DNA of 63,170 nucleotides, counting the filler, from Sphacelaria rigidula (lineage: Eukaryota), in NCBI GenBank assembly GCA_964200075.2. It is 5 parts of 5 records of this genome, joined end to end, with 100 filler letters (N's around TTAATTAATTAA, not from the genome) between each part and the next. Parts side by side here need not be neighbours in the genome. Positions count along the whole stretch, not along the records: positions 1 to 12,556 come from CAXNAA020003635.1; 4 more parts are not named here. One strand, given 5' to 3'. The position numbers and the translations under genes are program-made. The first letter of the stretch is position 1. Each line of letters opens with the position of its first letter. Shown in pieces: positions 1 through 11,568 of the stretch. The notes below the pieces were generated by a model that was not told where the DNA came from, ran no database searches, and was given only the letters and a program-made list of their open reading frames with translations.

Positions 1-325
1 CAAGCTTGTTCAAACAACCTTTGCTACTTTCAACGACAACCTGATTCGAAATTTCGAGCAACAAATGGCCCAAAATCCCCCCCCCCTATCGTAGGATGAC
101 TCATTCGTCGGACAGCTCTCACGAGCTACCTAATTATCACTTATCATCAGTGTAGAGTGTTTTGATTTTTAATAACACTTTATGTCATCCAGAGAACGAG
201 GTATGATGTAACAAGTGAGAGCACGCCACGATGAGCACCCCAATGGGCAAGGGATATCCTGCATGATTTTGGAAACGAGAATGTCCTGACTCATACTCTT
301 TGTTGTAAATAGCTCTTAGTTTCAG

Positions 326-544
326 GAGGCCCTGAATGAGAAACATGTGGACCCAAACGTGGGACTTACCGAGGAACTACTCTGTACTGATACGGATCAT
401 GAGCTAGCTCATTTGGTCCCTGTTCCCATATTTTCTCGCTACAGCCCTGGACGCCGAGCACGCGTCGTAGAGCTTTGGCTTGCTTCTCTGACCTCGCGGT
501 CACGCATTTTGTGTCTCCGATGGCTTATTTCACGTTGCTCATGA
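326..544 (+). CDS. Candidate internal exon of an unidentified gene; 3' boundary uncertain
   Basis: Acceptor tttcag at 320-325 opens EALNEKHVDPNVGLTEELLCTDTDHELAHLVPVPIFSRYSPGRRARVVELWLASL. A possible upstream donor gag|gtatga lies at ~201. No recognisable domain. Confidence 0.3.
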   Translation, partial: EALNEKHVDPNVGLTEELLCTDTDHELAHLVPVPIFSRYSPGRRARVVELWLASLTSRSRILCLRWLISRCS

Positions 545-1151
545 GCTGTCCGATGTGTGCATAGTTCCAACATGTACTACCGTTTTGTTTTGTCTCGGGT
601 ACGACTATCACGTGACCGCGGCTGAATCTTTGGGGGAATCAGATAATGTGCGAAAATAAATAAATCAACTCATCAATCAATAAACCAACCAGCAGTCAGA
701 CTGCTGTAACATACACACGGTGATAAACTCATGCTCATTTCCGACCATAAGTGCGGCTCGCCTAGCCCTCCGACTGCGTGGTATTGCAGTCATTTCGGGT
801 CCAGGTATGCCGGTGCGGGACGCTTGCGAGTTTGACACTAGATCACAAATGATCTCGCAGGGAGATGCAAAAATCACAGAAGTCAACAAGAGGTGCTGTA
901 ATTCATCTCCCAGGAATGTCTTCTCCCGTCCTCCCCAACAAGCGATACTTTCAGGGCAAGATACAAAGAAACACGAATTTCTCACTGTCGTTTCTGAGTC
1001 TAGCACCGTACGGATTTCTCGCATTTTTCTTCCATCTTCTGGATAATACTTGTATATTGGTAAAAGTACAATAACATACGTAGCACATACCCCCCCCCCT
1101 CCCTTCCCCGCCCCCTGCCCCCCCCCCCTTTTGCCCATCTTGCGCTTTTAG

Positions 1152-1510
1152 GGCTATGGCTCCTGACGCAACCTGATGCGACAACCCGTGCAGTCGAAGG
1201 CTCCGAGTTTGGCGAGTGCCTTTTCTGCGGCGATCAAAGCCAGACTCAAACTCGCAACTCCCAACCTCGTCAGACCCGGTCGTGCACGGTTTCACCGGTG
1301 ACGCTCTTGTGGAAAAGACAAGAAGAGATAGAAAAAGTGTCGAATCTTCTGCAGACATTTCTCGAGGGGAATGATGCCCCTCGCTGGGTGCTGGGGTACT
1401 CGCTGCGTGTACATACATATCGGTTGAAACGGGCCTACAACATGGAAAACTGTGAAAAAGCAAGAAAATATGGATTTCTGAGAAAACAAAACTCTCTACT
1501 CATACGTTGA
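1152..1510 (+). CDS. Candidate terminal exon of an unidentified gene
   Basis: A long pyrimidine tract (1090-1148) and acceptor ttttag (ending 1151) precede a stop-free frame LWLLTQPDATTRAVEGSEFGECLFCG...WKRQEEIEKVSNLLQTFLEG...NSLLIR, ending at TGA 1508-1510. Confidence 0.4.
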
Positions 1511-2961
1511 ATACCGTGGAATTCAAACGGACCCCAATTATTTGACAACTGTTGAGCAAAACAATGTCCCCCGGGACTGCTGAAAATCACCCTACGGGGT
1601 TCTGTACGGCGGCGTTGCCGACGCCCTCCGTTGTTCATCCGATTTTCAACCTGAATACATACCTCGTTGTTGTGCCCATACTTGAGGGGCATCCGCACGT
1701 CGAGGCTTCAGTCTGTTCACAAACAAAGCGGTGCTTGTTGGATCTACCCCATAAATCTTGTCCGCAGCCATGCTACCAGTCCTACCGAGCAACGCCGAGG
1801 CCTCTTCTTTGATTTTTTCCCCCCCATAAAAGGTTTCCATAAAAGGTTTTACGGTAGGGGAGCACAACTTTTTTCTAACGCCCTGCACTATAGGGAAACC
1901 CTCTAGATGACAAATATCTGGGCCTCAGTGTGCAGCCTTGGAAAAAATTGTGGACCAAAAAGTGCACCCCTGCATAGAATCACTCCCCATCCTTGCTGCA
2001 CCTGCGCAGACGTACTACAACAGTGGCTACATACCGCTACATACCGCCGTTCCCAACAGGACTATCATCTCGGTCAAGGTTCGAGCAGGCATCCGGGGAG
2101 ACACAACAACGACCTTCGCGCGCGACTGAGAGGAAGACAAAAGGTCTCTTTGTTAAAATGATACCAAGTACGCATGTCAAAATGTTTTCAGGATTTTGAA
2201 GAAGGCGGACAAACGGCTACTGCAGGAATTTTTTCTGTGAAAAACAAAACCACCTCAGGAACAACCTTTCGAAAAAATATCTGCGGTCCGGATACATCGT
2301 ATTCCGCCATTCTCATCCTGCGTGTGCTGTACGAACAAAAATACACATACAACACGCTGGCTGGAAAGCCCCGGAACGCCAACCGGCGCGCTCCAGCTCG
2401 GACACAAAACGTAAAAAATGATCGATACGACAGCCCGATATAACCAACAATAACCCCCGGTTTACTTCGGCCCTCGCCTACTACTCTTAGCCGCGGAAAG
2501 CAAGGCGACCCTGAGGGGACGGTCGATACGCGCGGGGGCAGAGCCCACCTTCGCATTTATCACCACTGATTCTGGACAAAGGAAAACACACGGACCACAA
2601 CATGAAGAAACGCCCCTGACAAGAAACGACTTCGCCAACGTTCCTGCAAGCAAGAATACACCAATTTTGTAACCCCCCCGCCCCCTGACCTCCCTTACCC
2701 TCCTCATATTTTTGCCCCCTACATTCAGTGAACACCCACATCACGGCTCCCGCGATAAAAGTCACGATTGGTATACCACACGCACACACAAACAAGGAAC
2801 TGTTACCCATGGGCAGAAATGCCACCGCTGAACAACACTTAATACGACAACAGCTACGATAAAGCTCGACAGGGGTAAACTTAGCAATCGCCGCCCTCCG
2901 CTCCCCCAACGCGCTCCTAGCCCCTGACATTTGCAGTCTCCCATCCCCACCAGCCCCGAAA

Positions 2962-5900
2962 TTAGTTCATTTCATCGTCTGGCGGTGGTCCGGCGTTCCC
3001 ATCTAAGGCATCATGCCTCCCAGCTTCCTCGTTTACCATCCACCGTAGCAGCTGCTGCTGCCGTGCTTCAAACTGCCTCTTGGCCTCTTCCTTCCTCCTC
3101 TCATACCGCCGTTCGTTCGCGCCGATCTCGCGCATCCACAACTGTCTCCGTCGCTTGCTATTTAAAGTGGCCTCGGTGCTCAACGGAGATCTCACGCCGA
3201 ATCCCAAGTCACCCTCCCCTAACCCCGTCCCACCCCCCCCCGGGCTCGCCCCGAAGGGGCGTTTCCCACCGCCGTTGCACAAGGCTTCCGTCTCGCGTTC
3301 TCGTTTGCCCAATTTCCCACCTCGCTCGTCTGCAACAGCGAAAGCCAACGGATCCCAACTGTCGCTACGCCCCGTCCCGGCGCCGCCACCACTACCAGCG
3401 CCGCTGCCGCTGCCACCGGACCCTGACGACCAATCGGCACAAGCTTGGCGATCTAGTTGCTGTTGCCCCGCACTCCCCACTGACGCACCAGTAAAATCTA
3501 TTTCACGATGTGCACCGACCCCCGAAAACCCCCCGGGAAAGCTGTTGGGACCCGTTGGCCCAGCAGATATTGGCATCGCCATACCCGGGTTATGCGGCAT
3601 CGAAAGGGCTACGTGGTGTTGATTTTGGGCGTGCGCCAAATGGGACAACGACTCGGCTGCGGTGGCTCCCACTCCCCCAGGGGGAGCCGGCAACGGTGGT
3701 ACGTCGTTGGTCGTGGAGCGTTGAGGCACCAATTCCAATTGACCCGACTGCACCACGGGATCTTCCATCATACTCTCCACCAACTGCCTGAACACTATCG
3801 TTCGTTGCACCCTCGCGGCTATAAGATCGCGGACCGTCATGTGAACCTCGAGACGCGTCCCACCCGCGTCTGCGGGGGGCCCCGAGATGATTATGATGTC
3901 GTCGTTGCTCAACGATGGCGGAGCCTCTAATGCGCTGGAGGATTCCACGGAACGCGGTGGGGAAGTCGACTCGGCGGGGGAAACGGCGTTGGACTCCGGT
4001 GTTGGTGCATCGCCTTGGGCGCTCGTGCTACTAACAGCAACAGCTGCGTTGGCCGGATTGACGGCAGCGACGGGATATCGAAAATCGGTAACCACATCCA
4101 TTGGCGGGACTGCGGTCTCCTTCTGATGCGGCGTAGTGGCGCCCCCTTCGGTGGCCGTGGTCGGTGGTGCGGTTGCGGGCACTTTCGGCACTTCGTGGAT
4201 CGCACCCGCAGCAGGTAATTGTGCGTTCGCGTCGGCGCTCTTCGCAGCAGGTGGTGGTGGGGATACTGCTGTTGCTGTGGACGCAGAAGACACTTCAGCC
4301 GGCAATGGCGACCGCGACAACAACGACGCTTCGTCGCCTCCTTCCATGAAACCGTCCGCGCCGCCTTCACTCGTCTCACCATCCTCCCCCAAAATTCCAT
4401 CCGTTGACGAGGGTGCGTCGACTGATGGGTTTGCAGTTCCTCCTGCGGCACCACCTGAATATTTTGGTGCCGTTGCAGAGACAGAGGAAGCCAAGGTGCA
4501 TCGCCGCTTGTACCAATAATGGAAAATTTCGGCGGCAATTACTCGTTGAACGGCGGGCGGTCCTGCGAAATTCATCATCACTGTATCGCGGGCGCCCCTG
4601 TCCGTCAGCACGAAGCCAGGCGACGCATCAAACGAGAGCGGGGTGTGGAGGACAGTTTACGAAGTGGCCAGCCAGTGAAGATGGCACAGAGGGGGTGGTA
4701 CGGTGAGAAGCAGTGACGAGGGCTTGACAGCTGACTCGTTGGGGGTGATATCCTCGCAGGAATCCGCGAAAACGTTCGGTCTGTGTGGGTACAATCGGAT
4801 TTTTGTTGGCATGTACGATGGGAGGATAACAGCTCAAGACACAATGGGGGTCGACATTGTACAAGGAACAAAGAGCGACCAGTTGCGAGACAAACCACGC
4901 TCGTTTCGACAATTCGTCCCGCTGCTCAAGAGTACATCTTGTGAACATTCACTCGCATTAAGTGGGCTGTATATCTAGCGTTTTGACCTCGGTTTTCTCT
5001 ACATGTTTTTCACACAGCACATATATCTCACGGACAAAATCAAGTCATGACGTTATGGCAGGATGCGCGGAACGTATCGACAACAATGAAAGGTACATCT
5101 CAACGCACCCATGGCTCTGGCGAGGGTACGCTGGAGTTCGTGGGGGGGCGCCGTCTCTCCCGCATTACCCCACTTCAAGTGCGGGAGTGCTGAAAACACT
5201 CGGCCTGGTGGATGACAAAGTGCAGTTTTTTTTGTTGTTTCTTAGTTTTGTGGCGAAGCGAGGCCTGCAATAGCACCCACAAACCCAGCAACTGCATATA
5301 ATGTATAACGTAGCGAAAATCACCTGAGAGCAAGAATATTTTTAGGCGTGACATCCAGTCCTCCGGCCACCACCAGATCCGACACGGAAATCTCCTCCCC
5401 GGTCACCAAATACCCCGAAAGGGGCATCTTCAGCTTGAGAGTGGACCTATTGTTCTTCATCATTTTCTCGTGCTGCACGTATTTCGGTAGGTCATACGCA
5501 TTTCCGTCCATAGCCACTACTGCTTTTTTCTTGCGCCCCCTTCGCTTAGGCTCCTGAAATCCCAAGTTTTCCCCCAATCCAGAAATGCTTGACACAGGCC
5601 TCGAGTAACTCTCCAGTAATATATCTTCATCCTTTGCCGTGACCAAATTATCGGGTGCAGATTCCAGGTGACCGGCAAGCACATCCGGGTCAGCTTTAAG
5701 CACTTCCAGCGCCCGCTTGCACGCCTCTGGGAAATCTACACTTCTAAGCTCTCCCGCACTGACCCTTCGTTCGGCGGTGCTCCCGACCACCGTGAAGAGT
5801 ATTTCTCGCGAATCAGGGATCCATCCGCCGTCTCCTTCAAGAGAGGATACCTCTGACCCTTCCTGGGTTTTGAGATGCTCCTCATCGTAACGGCGAAGGG

Positions 5901-8539
5901 CCTCCACGACCGCCAGGTAGTGGATGGTATTATTCCGGTCCAACGGCATAATTTCGTTCCGGAAGGCTCTGCGATTTGAATCGATGCACCCGCGAAGTGC
6001 AAATCATGGGGTTGGGATGCGCGTGCGAAACCGCTGTGGCGATGGGAGGGAGAGCAGAGCCACAGGATGGTGATCTACTACGAGGTCGAGTAGTATCCGA
6101 TCTTTGCCTACGCTAACCGGAATCGACAATTTTCACGTACAATACTGGCGGCACAGCAAAACAAATCGTGGCACTGGCATGCTTACGACATCTAATCCAG
6201 GCGTCCGATGCCACAGATGAACCCCAGGTGGATGAATGGTGGAAGTGTGAAGAACAACTGTTTTGGTTCTACACCATCCATGATTGATTGATCGCCGCAC
6301 ATCAACTGATCCCCGAGGAACCTAGTCATGGTCATTATCCGCACGATACTCGTAGACGTGCTCAAGGTGAAGAAAACGGAAACGGTCGCTACAGAAGAAA
6401 AGTGGAAAAAACAAGGATGGAACAAAGACACGGAGTAAACTGGGAAATCGACACCAAAGCAAAGAACAGCAAAACAGGCAAAAACAAAATCGAGACAAAA
6501 CTAAAACTAAGCAGGAAAGCAAGGGAACGGACGGGAGAAGAAGAACAATAATAATTAAAAAAAAACTAGAAATGGCCGGCCCTCGGCAGCATGGCTTCAG
6601 GTAGACAAAGACCGTGCGCAAAAAAGCACATGCACCCCTACACAAAACAAAACAAAACAAAAGGGCCGTGGGAGCAGATTGTGGCTCAACTACGTCGGAC
6701 CATACTATTTGGGTACGAGCTCTCATCCATGACCCCTATGAAAGCAAGGAACCAAACTGCTACGGTATTGTACAGCGAGGAAAGGAATGGCGAGAGATTA
6801 GAGAGGGAGAAATATGGAGGCAATAAGAGGGAACAGAGAACAAGAAAGATGAGGAAGTGATGAAACCCGAGGGCACAGTAGAGCATGTGCAGAAGGACTA
6901 CCAGGGAACACCGCAAACCACAGGCCAAGAAAAGTCAACGACGGAAGAGAGAGGACAGGGGTGGATTAGTTTCGTGTTGACCCAGCCTCCCCCATTCATC
7001 CCTCGTCGGTATGGATATACGGTGTGTTATCATTGGGCTCGGTGTTTGCGAATGGAGAGGAGTTGGTCAATTTTAGCATCGTGGTTACCGGTGTTGAATG
7101 TCAGTCGAAAATATTGTTCCGAAATTAGATCTGGCGGCCACGGGGTTAGAGTATCTATACTTTACCCCGAAGTTTCGCCAAACGATACAATGTGGAAAGA
7201 AGGTAAAACGCGACGGTAGTAGCTTGTACCACAGCCACTAACGTTTTCAAGAAGGATACAAAATAAGCACGCATAACACACAACTTGAATCTCACGAAAG
7301 GAAAAGTGCTAACCTGAGAGCGAGAATGTTCTCCCTATTGATACCGGCCATCTGCCCAAAGTTGAACGACCGGTTCTTCACGGTGGGCCTTTCGCCGTCC
7401 AGTCGCAGCCCCCCGAGCGACAAGTCAAGCTTCACCCCCGCCGCCTGCCTGTATATATTTGTTGGCAGCACTACCACCGACCCGTTGTCTAACCGCACTA
7501 GCCTTCGTCGGCGCGGCGTACCTGTCTTGAGCAACTCGTTGTTGGTGTCTTCAATAGGGCCGCTCTTGATCAACTTTGGGAAAAGCTGACTGCTGTTGTG
7601 CGCCCCCCCGCTGGCTACACCGGTCCCACCAACACCCGCACCAGACGTTGTCAAGACGCCAACGCGATTACCGTCATCTCCCCCGTTTGCATTCGAAACA
7701 CTCTGGGGAAAAGGCCGTTGCTGCTGACCTGTGGGCTTTGTAGGAGTAGCGGGTACTGGGAATACGTCGTTGTCGTTGCTGTTGTTCACGACCCCACGAC
7801 CCAGCGCGAGATGACCTGGGGTGCCACCTCCAACGGCGAGCGGTCCCATGCCGACACTGCTATTAAGCGTGGTGCCGCTGAGCTGTGGTACACTAGGACT
7901 CAGCAGTGCTCCACCATCGCTGCTCGTGGTTCTTGTTGCAGTCGTTACAGCATCTGTTGAGGAGGTGACACCCATGGCTGGAGGCCCGCCGTTACTGCTA
8001 CCAGAAGGCGCTCCTTCCTTTATGCCGACGAATCGTAGCGTGTCTTCAACGTTCGCCGCGTGCACTGTTGGTGCAGGCTCGTCTTTTTTCCTTCCTTCAC
8101 CGGGCCCTTCTCCTGTTGTCGGTATACTACTGGTGGTATTGTTCACTTGTTGTTGGTGCTGCTGTTGTTGTTGTTGGTGCTGCTGGTGTTGGTGCTGCGG
8201 CTGCTGCTGCGGTGACAACCTGGACCCACCGTCTGTCGAAAGAGCTTCCGCGCTGCTCGCTCTCTCGGTAGTCAAGTTTGCGAATACTCGACTCTCTCGG
8301 GACAGCGTCGTCTCGCTCGTGGATGTATTTCGAGACCCTGGTAATACGGGTCCACCCTTGATGAGACCGCTGTTATCCCTTGTGACATCGTCATCTGTAT
8401 CTGTAGTATCACTGCTATGGCTCCCAAGGCGGGCGTGGACACCCGCAACGTTGATAGCGGGGCTGCTGCTGTTGCTTTCCGACGACCCCTTGCTGTTACT
8501 GATGCGGTAAGAAGTGCGGGTGACACCTGGCTCCGTCAT
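2962..8539 (-). CDS. Uncharacterised low-complexity protein with an internally duplicated domain; minimal model join(8539..7314, 5968..5324, 4597..2962) = 1168 aa
   Basis: Three long ORFs join in frame through GT-AG phase-2 introns (donors ag|gttagc 7313 and ag|gtgatt 5323; acceptors tcgcag 5969 and ggacag 4598). Total 3507 nt, ATG at 8539, TAA at 2962-2964. It contains a polyQ/H tract, basic clusters TPRRRR and PKRRGRKKK, and a C-terminal charged coiled-coil-like stretch. Two extra exons may belong to the gene (see findings). Confidence 0.7.
4628..4974 (-). pseudogene. Cryptic or decayed exon continuing repeat 2 of the 2962-8539 gene
   Basis: ORF 4628-4948 contains VDPHCVLSCYPPIVH...FRGFL...ALVTASHR, which aligns with repeat 1 (VEPKQLFFTLPPFIH...FRNEI...AVVEALRR). 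Phase-2 acceptors are ctag (exon start 4974, needs a frameshift near 4949) or caag (exon start 4937). Confidence 0.5.
6187..6321 (-). pseudogene. 135-nt cryptic cassette exon with an in-frame TAG, continuing repeat 1 of the 2962-8539 gene
   Basis: Acceptor gactag, strong donor gtaagc (6186), frame-preserving length. It reads (R)FLGDQLMCGDQSIMDGVEPKQLFFTLPPFIHLGFICGIGRLD*M(S), with TAG at 6192-6194. Confidence 0.5.
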
Positions 8540-9002
8540 CTTGCCCTACTCGATGAAACCACCCCAGCGAACCCGGATGGAGAATGTGGGAGGGAGAATA
8601 GGTGAGCCAGTGCAGTGCAATGCTACTCCGGCAAGCGATTCCGCAGGGGCTGTAGCCGTGATGGAGGCCTGCTACGACAAGAACGATCGAACGTCCGTTT
8701 TTATTTCATTCAGCCATGATATTTTGGTCATGCTCCATCTTGAAAGATGACTATAGTCAAACAAATATGCAGAAGGAATTCTGCACCGGCAGTGAACAAA
8801 CACGTCCGCCAGCGTAGGGTGACCTCTCTTTCGCTGGACACAAAGGCTTGCTCAGATTCACAACCTCCACCATCCACAGGAAGGAACCTCTTTGCCTCAT
8901 TAAATCTCTGCACAGAGACTCCTTGCTCTTTATCTTCAGCATCAAGTTGTAAGTCTCGGAGAAACATTTCGCTTCGCGTTTGGCAGACAGACACACACTA
9001 CC
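8540..9002. promoter_or_regulatory. Putative bidirectional promoter / 5' UTR interval
   Basis: Only 463 bp separate the divergent ATGs at 8539 (-) and 9003 (+). Positional inference only; no core motif identified. Confidence 0.4.
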
Positions 9003-9449
9003 ATGATCTTCGATGCAGAGCTTGCCGCTGCGGCCCGACGACACGCTCGCGCACAGGCTAAGCTAAAAAAACAAAGTCAAATTGCCACCGAAGCAGCGGA
9101 AGGAGAAACGAATCATCATGAGTCTTCACCAGAAAAAAGCACGGCGACGAACGCTGTACCGGCAGCAGCGGCATCGGCAAACGGCGAACTTGAGAGGCCA
9201 ACAGACAGCAACAGCGGCGCGATTTCAGAGGGTAGCACAGCACGATTCGCCAAGACATCTCAGGCGACTGAAGTTGCACACGCTGGAGGCGAGTCTGTAG
9301 CGGTCAGCGGATTTAGCAACAGCCGAAAAAACAGCGCTGCCAATGGGGATATGGATGGCGTGATGCGCGTGGGGCCGGTGGCGCCGCGACCGCGGAGCAC
9401 GATGAAGCCCAGGGTGTTGCTCAAGATCATTGTGCTGGGTTGCAGTAAT
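9003..9449 (+). CDS. First exon of a Rab-family (Rab7-like) small GTPase with a ~135-aa N-terminal extension; partial
   Basis: The exon ends in KPRVLLKIIVLGCSN followed by a phase-0 donor gtgagt at 9450. This matches the Rab7 beta1/P-loop start KKVLLKVIILGDSG(VGKTS). No downstream exon was found before the contig end. Confidence 0.7.
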
Positions 9450-10148
9450 GTGAGTTGAGTGTGTCCGCAGTCGTTGGAGAAGGAGAAAGAAAAGAAGGTA
9501 TCGTACTATACGAGCTGTACTGTTCTGCCCTCTCCTGTTGTTATGTGCTGGCTGTTCGTACTGGGGTACACCAGTAGTAGTACAGTTGTAGGTGCTTTGT
9601 TATGTGACGACTCACGACCGATAGAGTACGTGCTTCAAGCCACCGCCATCGTAACGAGAGATGCATACTCATGTGGTGCCTGAAAATGGGCGTACACTGT
9701 CTTTACTATTCTGTCGTGTTACGCATACATGGGTTGTGAGCAAAAAATGGAGAACAGCTAAAGGCGAGGTACAGGGGCGTGAATCATTTTGCTCCCGCAC
9801 CTCGTGTCGTGCTTCTGAAACACGAAAAACAGGAGACCAAGGAAACAGAACACCGGAGGCAACCCCTGACGCCAAACGACACAGTTTCCTTTACCAGTCC
9901 CAGTGTTCCACATGGGTCGTCTTCGAATGTAATATGTAGACCTACATGTATTGTGACATATTTCATCCATAGGTAAAGTTCTCCTGCAGTGCAGTAGGTA
10001 ACGAAGGGTAACATTCTGGGTGGTGATAAGTTTTAACCTTTAGATAGCGCGGGTAGTCCATCTGGATCATGCATAATTTTTCTCAGTTGGACGTGATGCC
10101 GATTCAACATATGACCTACTCTCGCTGTGAAAGGGTTGACCTTTAGTA

Positions 10149-10233
10149 GAGGTATCTCAAACTTGAGGTTCCCGGTGTAATTTGCTGTAAATTACTCTGA
10201 AATATTCCAGGAACCTCGAGTTTGAGATACCTC
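10149..10233. mobile_element. 85-bp MITE with 24-bp terminal inverted repeats, flanked by TA
   Basis: GAGGTATCTCAAACTTGAGGTTCC (10149-10172) matches the reverse complement of 10210-10233 at 23/24. TA flanks both sides (Tc1/mariner-type target site). Confidence 0.65.
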
Positions 10234-10553
10234 TAGTAGGTTACTGAAACATTTTGTAGGGTGAAGAATTTCTCGGAAAATGTATGAGTTCGAGTAACTC
10301 CATCTCTAACCCTAACGCCAACCCTCACCCTGACCCCAACAAAGGCATACCGAAAACCCTCGGGCAAGGGGATGCGAAATATTCCCTAGGCAAAGTGTAC
10401 CTTGCCATAACTCATATCGGCGCCTGATTAGTAAAAAAACGCCTTCTGCGCACGCTAGGAGCCCAGCCCCCAATGAAGATCCGTATTCCGGTGTCCACAC
10501 TAGAACCAAGTGAGCCACCTTCACCCTACCAAGCGGTCAATCCTTGGACGGCT

Positions 10554-10690
10554 AGAGTAGGTCATCTGTTGAATCGGCATCCATTTCACCTGAAAAAATT
10601 ATGCATGATCCAGATACTTGTAGACTACAGCCAGAGTAGGGCATCTGTTGAATCGGCATCGATTTCACTCGAAAAAGTATGCATACAGAT
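10554..10690 (+). repeat. Imperfect direct duplication with ~80-bp period
   Basis: agagtaggtcatctgttgaatcggcatccatttcacctgaaaaaattatgcat versus agagtagggcatctgttgaatcggcatcgatttcactcgaaaaagtatgcat. Confidence 0.7.
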
Positions 10691-11069
10691 GGACTGCCCT
10701 AGCGGTCTTGGGGTTATACGTCGACGTTCGCGAAGACCGAAGGACAAGGAGTGACACCGAATGCTTTCCATCTGTTGGCATGTCTCGTCGGAATTTGTTT
10801 GTACACGGACTGTTCTTACTCTATATACTCCTTGGCCACACAGTGGCACATGAGCGCGTGCTCTCACGTCGGTCGTCGCCCCGTGATGTGCGTTAGTCTT
10901 CTCGATTACTTACTCGATGTACAGGCCCAACGCCCGAAGGGATTGCCTATTTTGTTTTTTGCAGCAGCCAACAAGCGAACCCCCGTCTCGTAAGATTATC
11001 GCTGGTCGGTAGCCCCGTCGGCACGTCGCACACATACACGCGCGCGCGCTCACGAGCCAATATTTATTG

Positions 11070-11242
11070 CAAGGTTGTGTTTTGTCGGGTACGATATTTT
11101 GTATATCTGGGGTACTTACCTGGGTGCTACCCGTACCCGGCAGTTCTGTGAGTTCTGTAAGACGTTCATACTGGTACCCAATAGTTCTGTATGTTCCGCA
11201 AGAGAACCTCACACCCTAGCAAACATGCCCGTACCCTACAGG
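11070..11242 (+). mobile_element. Short copy of the CAAGGTTG-TIR hAT-type MITE family
   Basis: Begins CAAGGTTGTGTTTTGT, carries ACCCG/CAGTTCTGTGAGTTCTGTAAG units and ends CCCTACAGG, as in element 27682-29450 on another contig. Confidence 0.6.
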
Positions 11243-11280
11243 CTGGTTCACGTTTATCACCCAAAAAACACTCATCGGCG

Positions 11281-11568
11281 AAACCTCACGCCATTTTAAG
11301 GAGTTGGACCCTGAAATTTTGCACAAATGTTCTATGGATAACTACACAACTTTCGAAGGTCGAGATTTTATTTAACTTTTTGGCTATTTTCACCGTTTTT
11401 CGGGGGTCTCAGTTTTTGGGGGGAAACCTTGACCCAATCGGGCCCTCGTAAAACGGCAACAGAAAAGGAGATAGAAAAAAAAAACTCGTCCATCCAAAGT
11501 TGCGTTATGTCCCAAAGCACAGTTGTGCAAAATTTCAGGGTCTAACTCCTTGAAACGGCGTGAGGTTT
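11281..11568. repeat. 44-bp inverted repeat (foldback-like) within a repeat-rich intron
   Basis: 11281-11324 matches the reverse complement of 11525-11568 at 41/44. A third diverged copy lies at ~11920-11963. Confidence 0.7.

Noticed and set aside
2931..4519. Several plus-strand ORFs of 100-190 aa (also 7821-8510, and minus-strand 15872-18724)
   Set aside because: Antisense shadows of GC-rich coding exons.
4500..4540. EIFHYWYKRR as an Enhancer-of-polycomb/BRPF-type motif
   Set aside because: The resemblance is short and there is no PHD or EPL context; not enough to assign a family.
10306..10340. Telomere-like CCCTAA repeats
   Set aside because: Only a few degenerate units inside an intron; insufficient.
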